Below the pieces are notes generated by a model, which saw nothing but the letters and a program-made list of their open reading frames with translations, did no database searches and was not told where the DNA came from. Source: an uncultured Actinomycetota bacterium (GTDB lineage: Bacteria > Actinomycetota > Actinomycetes > Propionibacteriales > Propionibacteriaceae). From it: DNA of 64,000 nucleotides. This document shows, in pieces, positions 1-10,170 of this stretch. Within the stretch, counting starts at the first letter, position 1, and each line of letters opens with the position of its first letter. The stretch is taken from positions 138,680 through 202,679 of the forward strand of contig CAVOZV010000015.1 in assembly GCA_963701355.1 (NCBI GenBank). Direction: 5' to 3'. Made by a program: the position numbers and the translations under genes.

Positions 1-816
1 TACGCACCGCACGGCGGCCACCCCTCGCAGAGCGAGCTGCTCACCGACCGGGCGATGTTCACCGAGTCGTACGCCGTCATCCCGCGCGGGGTGATGCGGG
101 ACATCGTGACCAGCTTCCTGCCGTTCTGGGACGACACCCGGCTCTGGGTACTCGCCCGGCCGCTGTCCGGCTTCGCCGAGACGTTCTCGCAGTACATCGT
201 CGAGGTCGCGCCCGGCGGCGGCAGCGACAAGCCGGAGCTCGATCCGGGCGCCGAGGGCGTGCTCTTCGTGGTGGAGGGCCATGCCCGCCTGACGGTCGAC
301 GACAAGGAATACACCCTCGATCCGGGCGGCTATGCGTTCCTGCCGCCGGGTCAGGCGTGGACGTTGCACAACGAGGCGCCGCTGCCGCTCCGGTTCCACT
401 GGATCCGCAAGGCGTACGAGCGCGTCGAGGGGCTGGACGTGCCGGAGGCCTTCGTCACCAACGAGCGCGATGTCGTGCCGGGTGAGATGCCGGGCACCGA
501 CGGCCGCTGGGTGACCACCCGGTTCGCCGACCCGAACGACCTGCGGCACGACATGCACGTCAACATCGTCACCTTCGAGCCGGGCGCGGTGATCCCGTTC
601 GCCGAGACCCATGTGATGGAGCACGGGCTGTACGTCCTCGAGGGCAAGGCCGTCTACCGGCTCAACCAGGACTGGGTCGAGGTCCAGGAGGGCGACTTCA
701 TGTGGCTCCGCGCCTTCTGCCCACAGGCCTGCTACTCCGGCGGTCCCGGCCGGTTCCGCTACCTGCTCTACAAGGACGTCAACCGCCACCCGAAGCTGTC
801 CCGCCAGTTCGTCTGA
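1..816 (+). CDS. allE: (S)-ureidoglycine aminohydrolase (bicupin); 5' end probably lies outside the window
   Basis: Frame 1 is open from nt 1 ([28 protein letters not shown]...), so the listed ATG at 55 is probably internal. Two cupin cores are present ([14 protein letters not shown] and [14 protein letters not shown]). The gene sits in a urate-catabolism neighbourhood. Confidence 0.8.
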
Positions 817-1508
817 TCGACTTCGGGGCGCCTCGTCAGCGCGGCGTTCGGCTGGACCAGACCGGACTCGTACGCCAGCACGGCCAGCTGGACGCGGTCA
901 CGCAGATCGAGCTTGGTGAGCAGCCGGGAGACGTAGGTCTTGACGGTCGCCTCGCTGAGGAACAGCTCGGCGCCGATCTCGGCGTTCGACTCGCCGCGGG
1001 CGACGTGTCGGAGCACGTCGAGCTCGACGCTCGCTCAGTCCGCGGACCGCCGCGCCCAGGTCGCCGGGCAGGCGGGTCGCAGCGAATCGGGTCAGCAGCC
1101 GGCGGGTGACCGCAGGGGAGAGCATCGCTTCGCCGCGGGCCACGATCCGGACCGCGTGGACGAGATCGGCGGGGGAGACATCCTTGAGCAGGAAGCCGCT
1201 CGCGCCGGCCCGGACGGCGGCATAGACGTACTCGTCGAGATCGAAGGTGGTCAGCGCCAAGACCTTGGCGGAGGGCACCCGGTCCAGCAGCAGCCGGGTC
1301 GCCTCGATCCCGTCCGGCGTGGCATCCGGACGTCCATCAAGATCACGTCGGGTCGGCTCGCCAGGCCGACCTCGACGGCTTCGACGCCGTCGGCGGCCTC
1401 ACCGACGACGATCATCCCGGCGCGTTCCAGGATCAGCACGAAGCCTGCTCGGACCAGCTCTTGGTCGTCCGCGACCACCACCCGCAGCGCGGTCGGCGAG
1501 TCGTTCAC
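768..1508 (-). CDS. NarL/LuxR-family response regulator (REC + LuxR HTH); reading frame broken twice as sequenced
   Basis: Three consecutive minus-strand pieces make up the gene. The REC domain ([17 protein letters not shown]...[10 protein letters not shown]) is the tail of ORF 1251-1928. The middle ([29 protein letters not shown]) is in ORF 898-1278. The LuxR HTH ([35 protein letters not shown]) is in ORF 768-1016. Frame changes fall near ~1325 and ~1028. The GTG start at 1508 overlaps the kinase stop (GTGA). Confidence 0.8.
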
Positions 1509-2713
1509 CGGATGGCCTCGACGGGCGCGAGCGGGAGCACAGCGCGGACGGCGAAGCCCGCGCCGGTCGGGCCGGCCTCGACCGAGCCGCCGTACAGGGC
1601 GGCGCGTTCCCGCATGCCGATCAGGCCGTGACCGGCCGAGCCCGGCGAGGAGGCCGGCGTTGAGGCGCCCCGACCGTCGTCGGACACCTCGACAGTGAGC
1701 GAGTCGGGGCGGTAGTCGATCCGCACGCCGACCCGGGTCGCGTCGGCGTGCCGCCGGACGTTGGACAACGCCTCCTGGACGATCCGGTACGCCGCGAGGT
1801 CGACCCCGGCGGGTAACGGCCGTGGCTCGCCGGTCACGTCCTGCTCGGCGTTCCAGCCCGCCTCGCGGAGTCGGCCAGCAGGCCCGGCACGCGCTCCAGC
1901 CCCGGCTGGGGTGCGAGCGGACCGTCATCGTCGGAGGTCCGCAGCATGAAGACCAATCGGCGCATCTCGTCCAGAGCCCCGACCCCGGTCGCCCGGAGGC
2001 TGTCCAGCGCCCGCTCGACGAACTCGGGGTCGTCGCGGACGACCTGGCGGGCCGCGCCGGCCTGGACGATCATGCTGCTCATCGCGTGCGCCACCACATC
2101 GTGCAGGTCGCGGGCGATCCGGGTCCGTTCCGCCTCGGCGGCGGCCTCGGCCTGGCGGTCGGCCTCCGACTCAGCCTCGACGGCGCGCCGGGCCGCAGCT
2201 GAGGGCGTACGCGGCATAGCGGGACAGGCCGAAGCCGAACGACCACAGGATGGTCATCACGCCCCAGTGGAAGACGATCTCCCCGGGCTGTTGCAGCTCG
2301 GGAATGGTGAGATCCCCCAACACCAGAAAGAGAGCGGTGATGCCGGCGCCGATGAAGGGCACCCGGCCACGGCCGTTCCGCGCAACCGAGTAGACGAGAA
2401 TGCCGATCGGCACGAACTGGCCGAAGAACAACACATAGGGAGCGCCCAGCAGGCCCTGGCCGAGCCGCAGCAGCGCGAACGTCGCGAACAGCGCGACCAG
2501 CGCGCCGAGTGGGAAGTGCCGGCGTACCGTTACGCAGCAGCCGGCGACCAGCACCCCGATGCAGCTGGCCGCGGCGGAACCGTCTCCGGCCCGGGAACTG
2601 AACGGGACCAGGATCTCGGCGAGTCCGACCGCGACGACCAGCAGGCCGACGCCGAGGTCGACGAGATCGCGCCGGGTCGGCGGCCGGCGCACCCGCTCGA
2701 CCAACGTGTTCAC
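1505..2713 (-). CDS. Sensor histidine kinase (HisKA_3 type, partner of the LuxR regulator); frame broken twice as sequenced
   Basis: The polytopic N-terminus is in ORF 2171-2713. The H-box (ERTRIARDLHDVVAH) is in ORF 1834-2217. The HATPase_c domain (DDGRG...GHGLIGMRERAALYGG) is in ORF 1505-1837. Frame switches fall near ~2190 and ~1838. Confidence 0.8.
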
Positions 2714-2935
2714 GATGTCGACGATAGGGGTCCAGCAGTCGGCGCGCAGTCACCCCAGGTCGATGCCGGATCGCCGGAAGTTGATCGGCGCCGAGCCCTG
2801 CGACGACCACGGGAGGGACCGTGAGCCGATGACCGGCACGCTCGTCGGCGGTTCGCTGGGAGCACCCGGCCGAACGATCGGCCATCGAGCATCTGGAGTC
2901 CTCATGTCCGATCTGTCCCGACTCACGCCCTCCCC

Positions 2936-3009
2936 ATCCGCCCTTACCCGATCCGCCCTGTCCCGATCCGCCCTGTCCCGATCCGCCCTGTCCCGAGTCG
3001 CCCGTCCCG
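2936..3009. repeat. 15-nt tandem repeat, about 4.9 copies (unit ATCCGCCCTGTCCCG)
   Basis: Direct reading gives units at 2936-2950, 2951-2965, 2966-2980 and 2981-2995, then a degenerate 14-nt unit. The repeat is in-frame as ALSRS x3 (frame of ORF 2559-3041) or PIRPV x3 (frame of ORF 3050-3661). Confidence 0.9.
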
Positions 3010-3049
3010 AGTCGGCCGGACGACCGCCGCGGTCTGCCTGATCGGGTTC

Positions 3050-3661
3050 GTGCTGCTGAACACTCTGTCCAGCCTCCTGCAACCCGATCTGAACGGCGAC
3101 GCCGCCGCCCGGCTGACCACGATCGGCCTGGCGGGGCCGACCGCCGCCATCTCCGCGGCAGCGTTTGTCGCCGCCCAGCTCCCGTTCGTCATCGGTCTGA
3201 TCGGCGCGGCGGCACTCGGGCGGGCACGCTCACCGCGCTTCGCCGTCGCGACTGCGGTCCTGGTCGCCCTCGGAGCGGCCGGCCATCTCGTCTGGGGCGG
3301 GATCAGTCTGACCGAGATCATGATGGCCGGCTCGCCACAGACGTACGCGCCGCTGCTGACTGCCATCGAGGCCAGCCCGATCATGCTGGTCGCCCTGAGC
3401 GGGATGCTCGGCACGATCTCCGGGCTCGTCCTGCTGGGCGTGACGCTCCTCCGGTCGCGGGCGGTCGCGATCTGGGTGCCGGTGTTGCTCTGGCTGGCGG
3501 TGCTGGTCGAGTTCGTCGGGTCGACCGTGAGCAGGTTCGCGCCGTATGCGTCGCTCGTCCTCGTCGCGATGGTTGCCGGCGCCCTCGTCCTCCGGCTACT
3601 CGCGCCTTGGCCGGCCGGCCACGAGGTCGCAGACCATGCCGAGGAGCCGATCGCCGCCTGA
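3050..3661 (+). CDS. Hypothetical polytopic membrane protein
   Basis: 203-aa ORF with about six hydrophobic helices (FVAAQLPFVIGLIGAAAL, AVATAVLVALGAAGHLVW, IMLVALSGMLGTISGLVLLGV, WVPVLLWLAVLVEFVG, LVLVAMVAGALVL). The same frame is open upstream through the 15-nt repeat, so the true start is uncertain. Confidence 0.6.
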   Translation: MLLNTLSSLLQPDLNGDAAARLTTIGLAGPTAAISAAAFVAAQLPFVIGLIGAAALGRARSPRFAVATAVLVALGAAGHLVWGGISLTEIMMAGSPQTYAPLLTAIEASPIMLVALSGMLGTISGLVLLGVTLLRSRAVAIWVPVLLWLAVLVEFVGSTVSRFAPYASLVLVAMVAGALVLRLLAPWPAGHEVADHAEEPIAA

Positions 3662-3678
3662 CGCAGCACGTCGGAAAG

Positions 3679-3712
3679 AAGGCTCCGCCGCAATCTGTTG
3701 CGGCGGAGCCTT
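3679..3712 (+). terminator. Perfect 15-bp stem-loop downstream of the membrane-protein gene
   Basis: AAGGCTCCGCCGCAA-tctg-TTGCGGCGGAGCCTT lies 18 nt after the stop at 3661. There is no clear U-tract (CGATGCG follows). Confidence 0.6.
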
Positions 3713-3749
3713 CGATGCGTAACGCCGCTGAAATCTTGAACAGTTCCAG

Positions 3750-3804
3750 TTGACAAAGATGCCCTGGCATCCGAGGATTAGCCATAGTGGAAATGAAATT
3801 CCAC
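3750..3804 (+). promoter_or_regulatory. Putative promoter/operator region of the uraD-uraH-uox operon
   Basis: The stretch is locally AT-rich. TTGACA sits at 3750-3755, with weak -10 candidates about 17-19 nt downstream. An inverted repeat, GTGGAA-N6-TTCCAC, sits at 3787-3804, about 45 nt upstream of the uraD start. Confidence 0.35.
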
Positions 3805-3848
3805 TGTACGGAATCTAGACAGAGAAGATCCGCCGACGGAAGTCGGCC

Positions 3849-4370
3849 GTGAGGAGTCGTCCGGTGCCCCCCGCCAAGCACAGTCTGGCCGAGTTCAACG
3901 CCGCTGAACGGCCGGCCGCGGTCGCGCTGGTCCGGCCGTGCCTGGATATCGACCGCTGGGTGGACGCCGTGGTCGACGGACGGCCGTACACCGACGCGCG
4001 GGCACTGGTGAAGGTCGCGGCGACCGCAGCCGATCCGTTCACCGCCGACGAGCTGGACTCGGCCCTGCAGCACCATCCGCGGATCGGCGACCGGGCCGCC
4101 GGCGGCAGTGCCGAGGCCGGCCACTCCCGGTCCGAGCAATCCGGGGTGTCCACCGATGACGACGTCCAGCAGCGGCTGGCCGACGGCAACCGGGCGTACG
4201 AGGATCGATTCGGCCATGTCTTCCTGATCCGGGCCGCCGGCCGCAGCGGCGAGGAGATCCTCGCTGCGCTGGAGGATCGACTCGGCAACGACGCCGAGAC
4301 CGAGAGCGCGATCATGGCCCAACAACTGCGCGAGATCGCGGTGCTCCGGCTGGAAGGAATCGTCGAATGA
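3849..4370 (+). CDS. uraD: 2-oxo-4-hydroxy-4-carboxy-5-ureidoimidazoline (OHCU) decarboxylase
   Basis: Contains the HHPRIGDR and FGHVFLIRAAGRSGEEIL motifs and is about 170 aa. Its stop overlaps the next start (ATGA at 4367-4370). Confidence 0.85.
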   Translation: MRSRPVPPAKHSLAEFNAAERPAAVALVRPCLDIDRWVDAVVDGRPYTDARALVKVAATAADPFTADELDSALQHHPRIGDRAAGGSAEAGHSRSEQSGVSTDDDVQQRLADGNRAYEDRFGHVFLIRAAGRSGEEILAALEDRLGNDAETESAIMAQQLREIAVLRLEGIVE

Positions 4371-4693
4371 GCTACGTCACCACCCACGTCCTGGACGCGA
4401 CCGCCGGCCGACCGGCCGCCGGTGTCGCGGTCACCTTGGCGAACCTGTCCGGCGAGCCGATCGCCACCGGCGTCACCGACGACGACGGCCGGGTCGGCGA
4501 ACTCGGTCCGGACCGGCTCGAGCCGGGGAACTACCGGATCGACTTCGGCACCGGGGACTACTTCGCCGGCCTCGGTCAGCAGACGTTCTACCCGCAGGTC
4601 TCGATCTGCTTCAGCACCACCGCCGACCAGGGCCATTACCACGTACCACTGTTGCTCAGCCCGTACGCGTACTCCACCTATCGCGGTAGCTGA
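4367..4693 (+). CDS. uraH: 5-hydroxyisourate hydrolase (transthyretin-like)
   Basis: 108 aa. HVLDATAGRPAAGVAV at the N-terminus, HYHVPLLLSPYAYSTYRGS at the C-terminus (YRGS signature). Confidence 0.9.
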   Translation: MSYVTTHVLDATAGRPAAGVAVTLANLSGEPIATGVTDDDGRVGELGPDRLEPGNYRIDFGTGDYFAGLGQQTFYPQVSICFSTTADQGHYHVPLLLSPYAYSTYRGS

Positions 4694-4762
4694 GTCTCAC
4701 AGAAACTGAATCGGCAACAACTGCTTGGATCACCCCATCAACCCAACCGAGGAGACAAAGCC

Positions 4763-5644
4763 ATGACCGACGTCGTGCTCACCGCCAACCAGTACGGCAA
4801 GGCCGAGAACCGGGTCGTCCGGATCACCCGTGACACCGACCGGCACGAGATCGAGGACCTGAACGTCACCTCGCAGCTGCGCGGCGACTTCGCGGCCGCC
4901 CATACCGACGGCGACAACGCCCACGTCGTGGCCACCGACACCCAGAAGAACACGGTCTTCGCGTTCGCGCGGGACGGCGTCGGTTCGCCGGAGGCTTTCC
5001 TGCTCCGGCTCGCAGACCACTTCACCGGCGACTTCGACTGGGTCACCGGTGGCCGCTGGGCCGCCGAGCAGTACCGCTGGACGCGGATCAACGACCATGA
5101 TCATTCCTTCTACAAGAGCGGGCCGGAGACCCGGACGGCGGTGCTGGTCCGCGACGGTGACACCGACACCATGATCACCGGCTTCTACGGCCTGACCGTG
5201 CTGAAGTCCACCGGTTCCGGGTTCGTCGGCTACCCGAAGGACCGTTACACCACGCTGCAGGAGACCACCGACCGGATCCTGGCCACCGACATCGCCACCC
5301 GCTGGCGCTACAACACCACCGACATCGACTTCAACGCCGTCTACGACGACGTCCGCTCGATCATCCTCGCTTCGTTCGTCGCCGAGTACTCCAAGGCGTT
5401 GCAGCAGACCCTGTACCAGATGGGCGAGGCCGTGATCACCGCTCATCCGGAGATCGACGAGATCAAGTTCTCCTGTCCGAACAAGCACCACTTCCTGTCC
5501 GATCTGTCCCCCTTCGGTCTGGACAACCCGGGCGAGGTGTTCTACGCCGCCGACCGTCCGTACGGCCTGATCGAGGCCACCATCGCGCGGGCCGGATCCG
5601 AGGCTGCCGATCCCGCCTGGGTCGGCGTCGCCGGCTTCTGCTGA
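4763..5644 (+). CDS. uox: Urate oxidase (uricase)
   Basis: 293 aa. Motifs: QYGKAENRVVRI, ATDTQKNTVFAFA, KSTGSGFVGYPKDRYTTLQET. Confidence 0.9.
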   Translation: MTDVVLTANQYGKAENRVVRITRDTDRHEIEDLNVTSQLRGDFAAAHTDGDNAHVVATDTQKNTVFAFARDGVGSPEAFLLRLADHFTGDFDWVTGGRWAAEQYRWTRINDHDHSFYKSGPETRTAVLVRDGDTDTMITGFYGLTVLKSTGSGFVGYPKDRYTTLQETTDRILATDIATRWRYNTTDIDFNAVYDDVRSIILASFVAEYSKALQQTLYQMGEAVITAHPEIDEIKFSCPNKHHFLSDLSPFGLDNPGEVFYAADRPYGLIEATIARAGSEAADPAWVGVAGFC

Positions 5645-5670
5645 CCGGTCGCGAACCGAGGAGATCCCCC

Positions 5671-7230
5671 ATGACCCAGTCGAATCAGCAGAGCAGCGGC
5701 GCGACCACCAATCGCGGTAGCGCCGCCCACAAGAGCCCCGAGGACGAGTTCCTCGGAATCGGTCGCAGCTTCGCCTACGGCGCCCAGCACGTCCTCACCA
5801 TGTACGGCGGCATCATCGCCCCGCCGCTGATCGTCGGCGGTGCGGCCGGGGTGCTCGCCGGCCGAGCTCGGCCTGCTGGTCGACCGCCTGTTTGTTCGTC
5901 GGCGGCCTGGCGACGTCTCTGCAGTCGGTCGGCGTCCCGTGGTTCGGCTCGCAGCTGCCGCTGGTGCAGGGCACGTCCTTCGCCAGCGTCGCGTCACTGA
6001 CGGCGATCGTCACCCAGGGCGGCGGGCTGCCGGCGGTCTTCGGCGCGGTGATGGCCTCGGCCTCCATCGGGCTTGCTGATCACGCCGTTCTTCGCTCGGT
6101 GATCCGCTTCTTCCCGCCGGTGGTCACCGGCACGGTGATCACCACGATCGGGCTGAGCCTGATGCCGGTCGCGGCCAACTGGGCGATGGGCAACAACTCG
6201 AAGCTGCCGACGTACGGCTCGATGGCCAGAACATCGCGCTGGCCGGATTCACGCTGCTCGTCGTGATCGTGCTCAGTCGGGCGAACATCCCGGCGATCTC
6301 CCGGCTGTCGGTGCTGTTCTCGATCGTCATCGGCACGGTGGTCTCGCGCGATCATCGGGATGGCGGACTTCTGGGGCAACGTCGGCGACGGGTCCATCGT
6401 CGCGTTCCCGACGCCGTTCGCCTTCGGCCTGCCGACGTTCACCACTCGCCGGCGTCATCTCGATGGCCATCGTCGTGCTGGTCATCATGACCGAGACCAC
6501 CGCGGACATCCTCGCCGTCGGCGAGGTCGTCAAGACGACTCGGTCGATCGCAAGCGGATCGGGAACGGCCTACGCGCCGACATGGGTTCCTCGATCATCT
6601 CGCCGATCTTCAACGGCTTCACCCAGAGCGCGTTCGCGCAGAACGTCGGGCTGGTCGCGATCACCGGCGTGAAGAGCCGGTTCGTGGTGACCGCGGGCGG
6701 TGTCATCCTGATGATGCTCGGCATGCTGCCGGTGCTCGGCCGGGTCGTCGCGGCGATTCCGTTCCCGGTGCTCGGCGGCGCCGGGATCGTGCTGTTCGGC
6801 ACGGTCGCGGCGTCCGGCATCCGGACGTTGGCCAAGGTGGACTACAGCGGCAACATGAATCTGATCATCGTCGCCATCTCGATCGGGCTGGACTGATCCC
6901 GATCGTGGCGCCGACGTTCTGCAACGCCTTCCCGAGCTGGTTCCACACCATCTTCCACTCCGGGATCACCTCCGCGGCAATCATCGCGGTGCTGTTCAAC
7001 ATCTTCTTCAACCACATCAAGTTCGCCCGCCAGAAGGCCCGCATCGACGTTCGTCGAGGCCGACCGCTACATCCGTCTCGACGAGGTGAAGTCCTACACC
7101 AAGCTCCGCGAAGGCGACCGGATCGAGGACGGACGATCGTCGACCGCGAGGGCCGTCCGGTTCCCGTCCGTGGTGAGGAGGGCGAGGTCATGGACGTCAT
7201 GGTCGCGAACCCGAGGACAGCGGCCACTGA
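5671..7230 (+). pseudogene. NCS2-family urate/xanthine permease, heavily frameshifted as sequenced (about nine or more lesions)
   Basis: Successive permease segments lie in alternating frames:
- AYGAQHVLTMYGGIIAPPLIVGGAAGV (ORF 5671-6000)
- SPAELGLLV (ORF 5840-6079)
- FVGGLATSLQSVGVPWFGSQLPLVQGTSFASVASL ... FFPPVVTGTVITTIGLSLMPVAANW (ORF 5892-6266)
- IPAISRLSVLFSIVIGTVV (ORF 6263-6490)
- MADFWGNVGDGSIVAFPTPFAFGLPTF and FNGFTQSAFAQNVGLVAITGV (both in ORF 6360-6896)
- MAIVVLVIMTETTADILAVGEVV (ORF 6463-6672)
- FHSGITSAAIIAVLFNIFFNH (ORF 6905-7393)

A compensated indel pair sits near ~6075/~6105. The 3' end is approximate. Confidence 0.8.
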
Positions 7231-7372
7231 AGGAGCCCGTGGCTCGGCTCAGGGGCGTCCGTTGCGACGCCTCGGTCGACCAACGGGTCCGCCGGGCAGA
7301 CGGGGCCTCGGCCGACCGGCGGGCACTGCCATGCCCGAGAACGACGGACTAGGCTCACCCCTGTTCGACCCA

Positions 7373-7401
7373 CCGCCGGGTCACCACCCCTGACCCGGCG
7401 G
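7373..7401 (+). terminator. 11-bp stem-loop between the permease remnant and aceE
   Basis: CCGCCGGGTCA-ccacccc-TGACCCGGCGG. There is no U-tract. It could be a terminator or an aceE leader structure. Confidence 0.35.
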
Positions 7402-7429
7402 AGATCCAGGAAGGAAGTTGCCAGCAGCG

Positions 7430-10142
7430 ATGAGTCCAGATCAGCGGATCGACCCCGAAGAGACCTCCGAGTGGCTCGAGTCCTTCGACGACCTGGTGGC
7501 CTCCCGCGGCCGCGACCGGGCCGCCGACATCCTCCGCGAGCTCAGCAAGCGCGCCCACGCGGTGGGCGTGGCGACGCCGGCGCCGGAGGGGCCGAGCACG
7601 TACACCACCGACTACGTGAACACCATCCCCGTCTCGGAGGAACCGGAGTTCGCCGGTGACGAGGAGCTGGAGCGCAAGTTCCGCAAGCTGATCCGCTGGA
7701 ACGCAGCGGTGCTCGTGCACCGGGCCCAGCGGGCCGACGTGGGCGTCGGCGGCCACATCTCCACCTACGCCGGCGCCGCCACGCTGTACGAGGTCGGGCT
7801 CAACCACTTCTTCCGCGGGCCCGAGCACCCCGGTGGTGGCGACCAGGTGTTCTTCCAGGGCCACGCCTCTCCCGGGATGTACGCCCGCGCCTTCCTCGAG
7901 GGCCGGCTCGGCGAGGAGGACCTGAACGGGTTCCGGCAGGAGAAGTCGAAGGCGCCGCACGGCCTGCCGTCCTATCCGCACCCGCGGCTGATGCCGGAGT
8001 TCTGGCAGTTCCCGACCGTGTCGATGGGCATCGGGCCGATGAACTCGATCTACCAGGCGCAGTTCAACCGCTACCTGATGAACCGTGGCATCAAGGACAC
8101 CTCGAACCAGCACGTCTGGGCGTTCCTCGGCGACGGGGAGATGGACGAGCCGGAGTCGCGCGGCCTGCTGCAGCTGGCGGCCAACGACAAGCTGGACAAC
8201 CTGACCTTCGTGATCAACTGCAACCTGCAGCGGCTGGACGGCCCGGTCCGCGGCAACGGCAAGATCGTCCAGGAGCTGGAGGCGTTCTTCCGCGGCGCCG
8301 GCTGGGACGTGATCAAGGTCCTCTGGGGCCGGGAGTGGGACCAGCTGCTGGAACGCGACCACAGCGGCGACCTGGTGCGGATCATGAACGACACGGTGGA
8401 CGGGGACTACCAGACCTACAAGGGGGAGTCGGGCGGCTACATCCGGGAGAACTTCTTCGGCAAGTCGGCTGCGACCAAGCTGCTGGTCAAGGACCTGACC
8501 GACGCGGAGATCTGGAACATGAAGCGGGGTGGCCACGACTACCGGAAGGTGTACGCGGCGTACCACGCGGCGACCGTCCGCAACGGCAAGCCGACGGTGA
8601 TCCTGGCGCAGACGGTGAAGGGCTACGGGCTGGGCGCGAACTTCGAGGCCCGCAACGCCACCCACCAGATGAAGAAGCTGAAGCTGGACGACCTGAAGAC
8701 CTTCCGCGACGTGATGGACATCCCGATCAGCGACGCCGAGCTGGAGAAGGATCTGTACGCGGCGCCGTACTACCACCCTGGTGCCGACGCGCCGGAGATC
8801 CGGTACGCACTCGACCGGCGCAAGGCGCTCGGCGGCTTCGTCCCTGAGCGCCGCAACAAGGCGCGCGAGCTCGAGCTGCCGCCGGAGGCGACCTACGCCA
8901 CCACCCGGAAGGGCTCGGGAAAGCAGCACGCCGCGACCACGATGGCCTTCGTCCGGCTGCTCCGGGATCTGATGCGGGACAAGGGGATCGGCGACCGGAT
9001 CGTGCCGATCATCCCCGACGAGGCCCGTACCTTCGGGATGGACTCGTTCTTCCCGTCGGCCAAGATCTACAACCCCAACGGGCAGCACTACACCTCCGTG
9101 GACCGCGAGCTCTTCCTGGCCTACAAGGAGTCCGAGCACGGCCAGCTGCTGCACGTCGGGATCAACGAGGCCGGCTCGATGGCCGCATTCACCGCCGCGG
9201 GCACCAGCTACGCCACCCACGGCGAGCCGATGCTGCCCGTCTACATCTTCTACTCGATGTTCGGCTTCCAGCGGACCGGCGACTCGATGTGGGCCGCGAT
9301 GGACCAGATGGCCCGCGGCTTCATCATCGGCGCCACGGCCGGCCGGACCACGCTGACCGGCGAGGGCCTGCAGCACGCCGACGGCCACTCGCCGGTGCTG
9401 GCCGGCACGAACCCGGCGATGAAGGTGTACGACCCGGCGTTCGGCTACGAGATCGCCCACATCGTCCGCGCCGGCCTGGACCAGATGTACGGTCCGGACA
9501 GCGACGATCGCAATCACATGTACTACCTGACGGTGTACAACGAGCCGATCATCCAGCCCGCCGAGCCCGACGACGTGGACGCGGACGGCATCATCCGCGG
9601 TCTGCACCGGATCAGCACCGGCGGCGAGGGGCCGAAGGTCCAGCTGCTCGGGTCCGGGTGTCTCCGTGCCGTGGGTGCAGGAGGCCGCGGTCATCCTCGG
9701 CGAGGAGTGGGGCGTGAGCGCCGACGTCTGGTCGGTCACCTCGTGGGTCGAGCTGCGCCGTGACGGGCTGGCCGCGGAGGAGCACAACTTCCTCCATCCG
9801 GACGAGCAGCCGCGCACGCCGTACCTGACCACGAAGCTCGCCGACGCAGCCGGCCCGGTGATCGCCACCACCGACTACATGTCGGAGGTGCCCGACCAGA
9901 TCCGGCAGTACGTGCCGAACGCCTGGGCGACGCTGGGTGCCGACGACCACGGCTTCTCCGACACCCGAGCGGCCGCGCGGCGGTACTTCCACATCGACAG
10001 CCACTCGATGGTGGTCCGTGCGCTGCAGGAGCTGGCCGCGGCCGGCCAGGTCGACGTCAGCGCGCCGAAGGAGGCCGCGGAGCGGTACCAGCTGCTCGAT
10101 GTGAACGCCGGCACCACCGGCAACGCGGGCGGCGATTCGTAG
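7430..10142 (+). CDS. aceE: Pyruvate dehydrogenase E1 component (homodimeric type); one frameshift near ~9659 as sequenced
   Basis: [45 protein letters not shown] and [10 protein letters not shown] (ThDP motif) are in ORF 7418-9763. The C-terminus ([34 protein letters not shown]...) continues in ORF 9666-10142. An apparent extra T sits in GGG-T-GTCTCC at ~9659. ATG 7430 is preceded by GGAAGGAAG. Confidence 0.9.
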
Positions 10143-10170
10143 CTCGGCGCCCGACTTGTCAGCGTGAGGG

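Noticed and set aside
2936-3009. Possible CRISPR array. The same question was asked of the repeats at 30207-30418, 37811-37846 and 49555-49608.
   Set aside because: The units are contiguous tandem repeats of 12-21 nt with no unique spacers, and no cas genes are present. They are VNTR-like or coding repeats.
3381-4642. Minus-strand ORFs of 314 and 275 aa over the uraD/uraH region.
   Set aside because: They are antisense to clearly recognisable uraD and uraH and have no motifs.
7355-9871. 838-aa ORF on the minus strand.
   Set aside because: It lies exactly antisense to aceE. The translation is Arg/Gly/Val/His-rich low-complexity sequence with no motifs. Long open antisense frames are expected at this GC content because they share the GC-rich third codon position.
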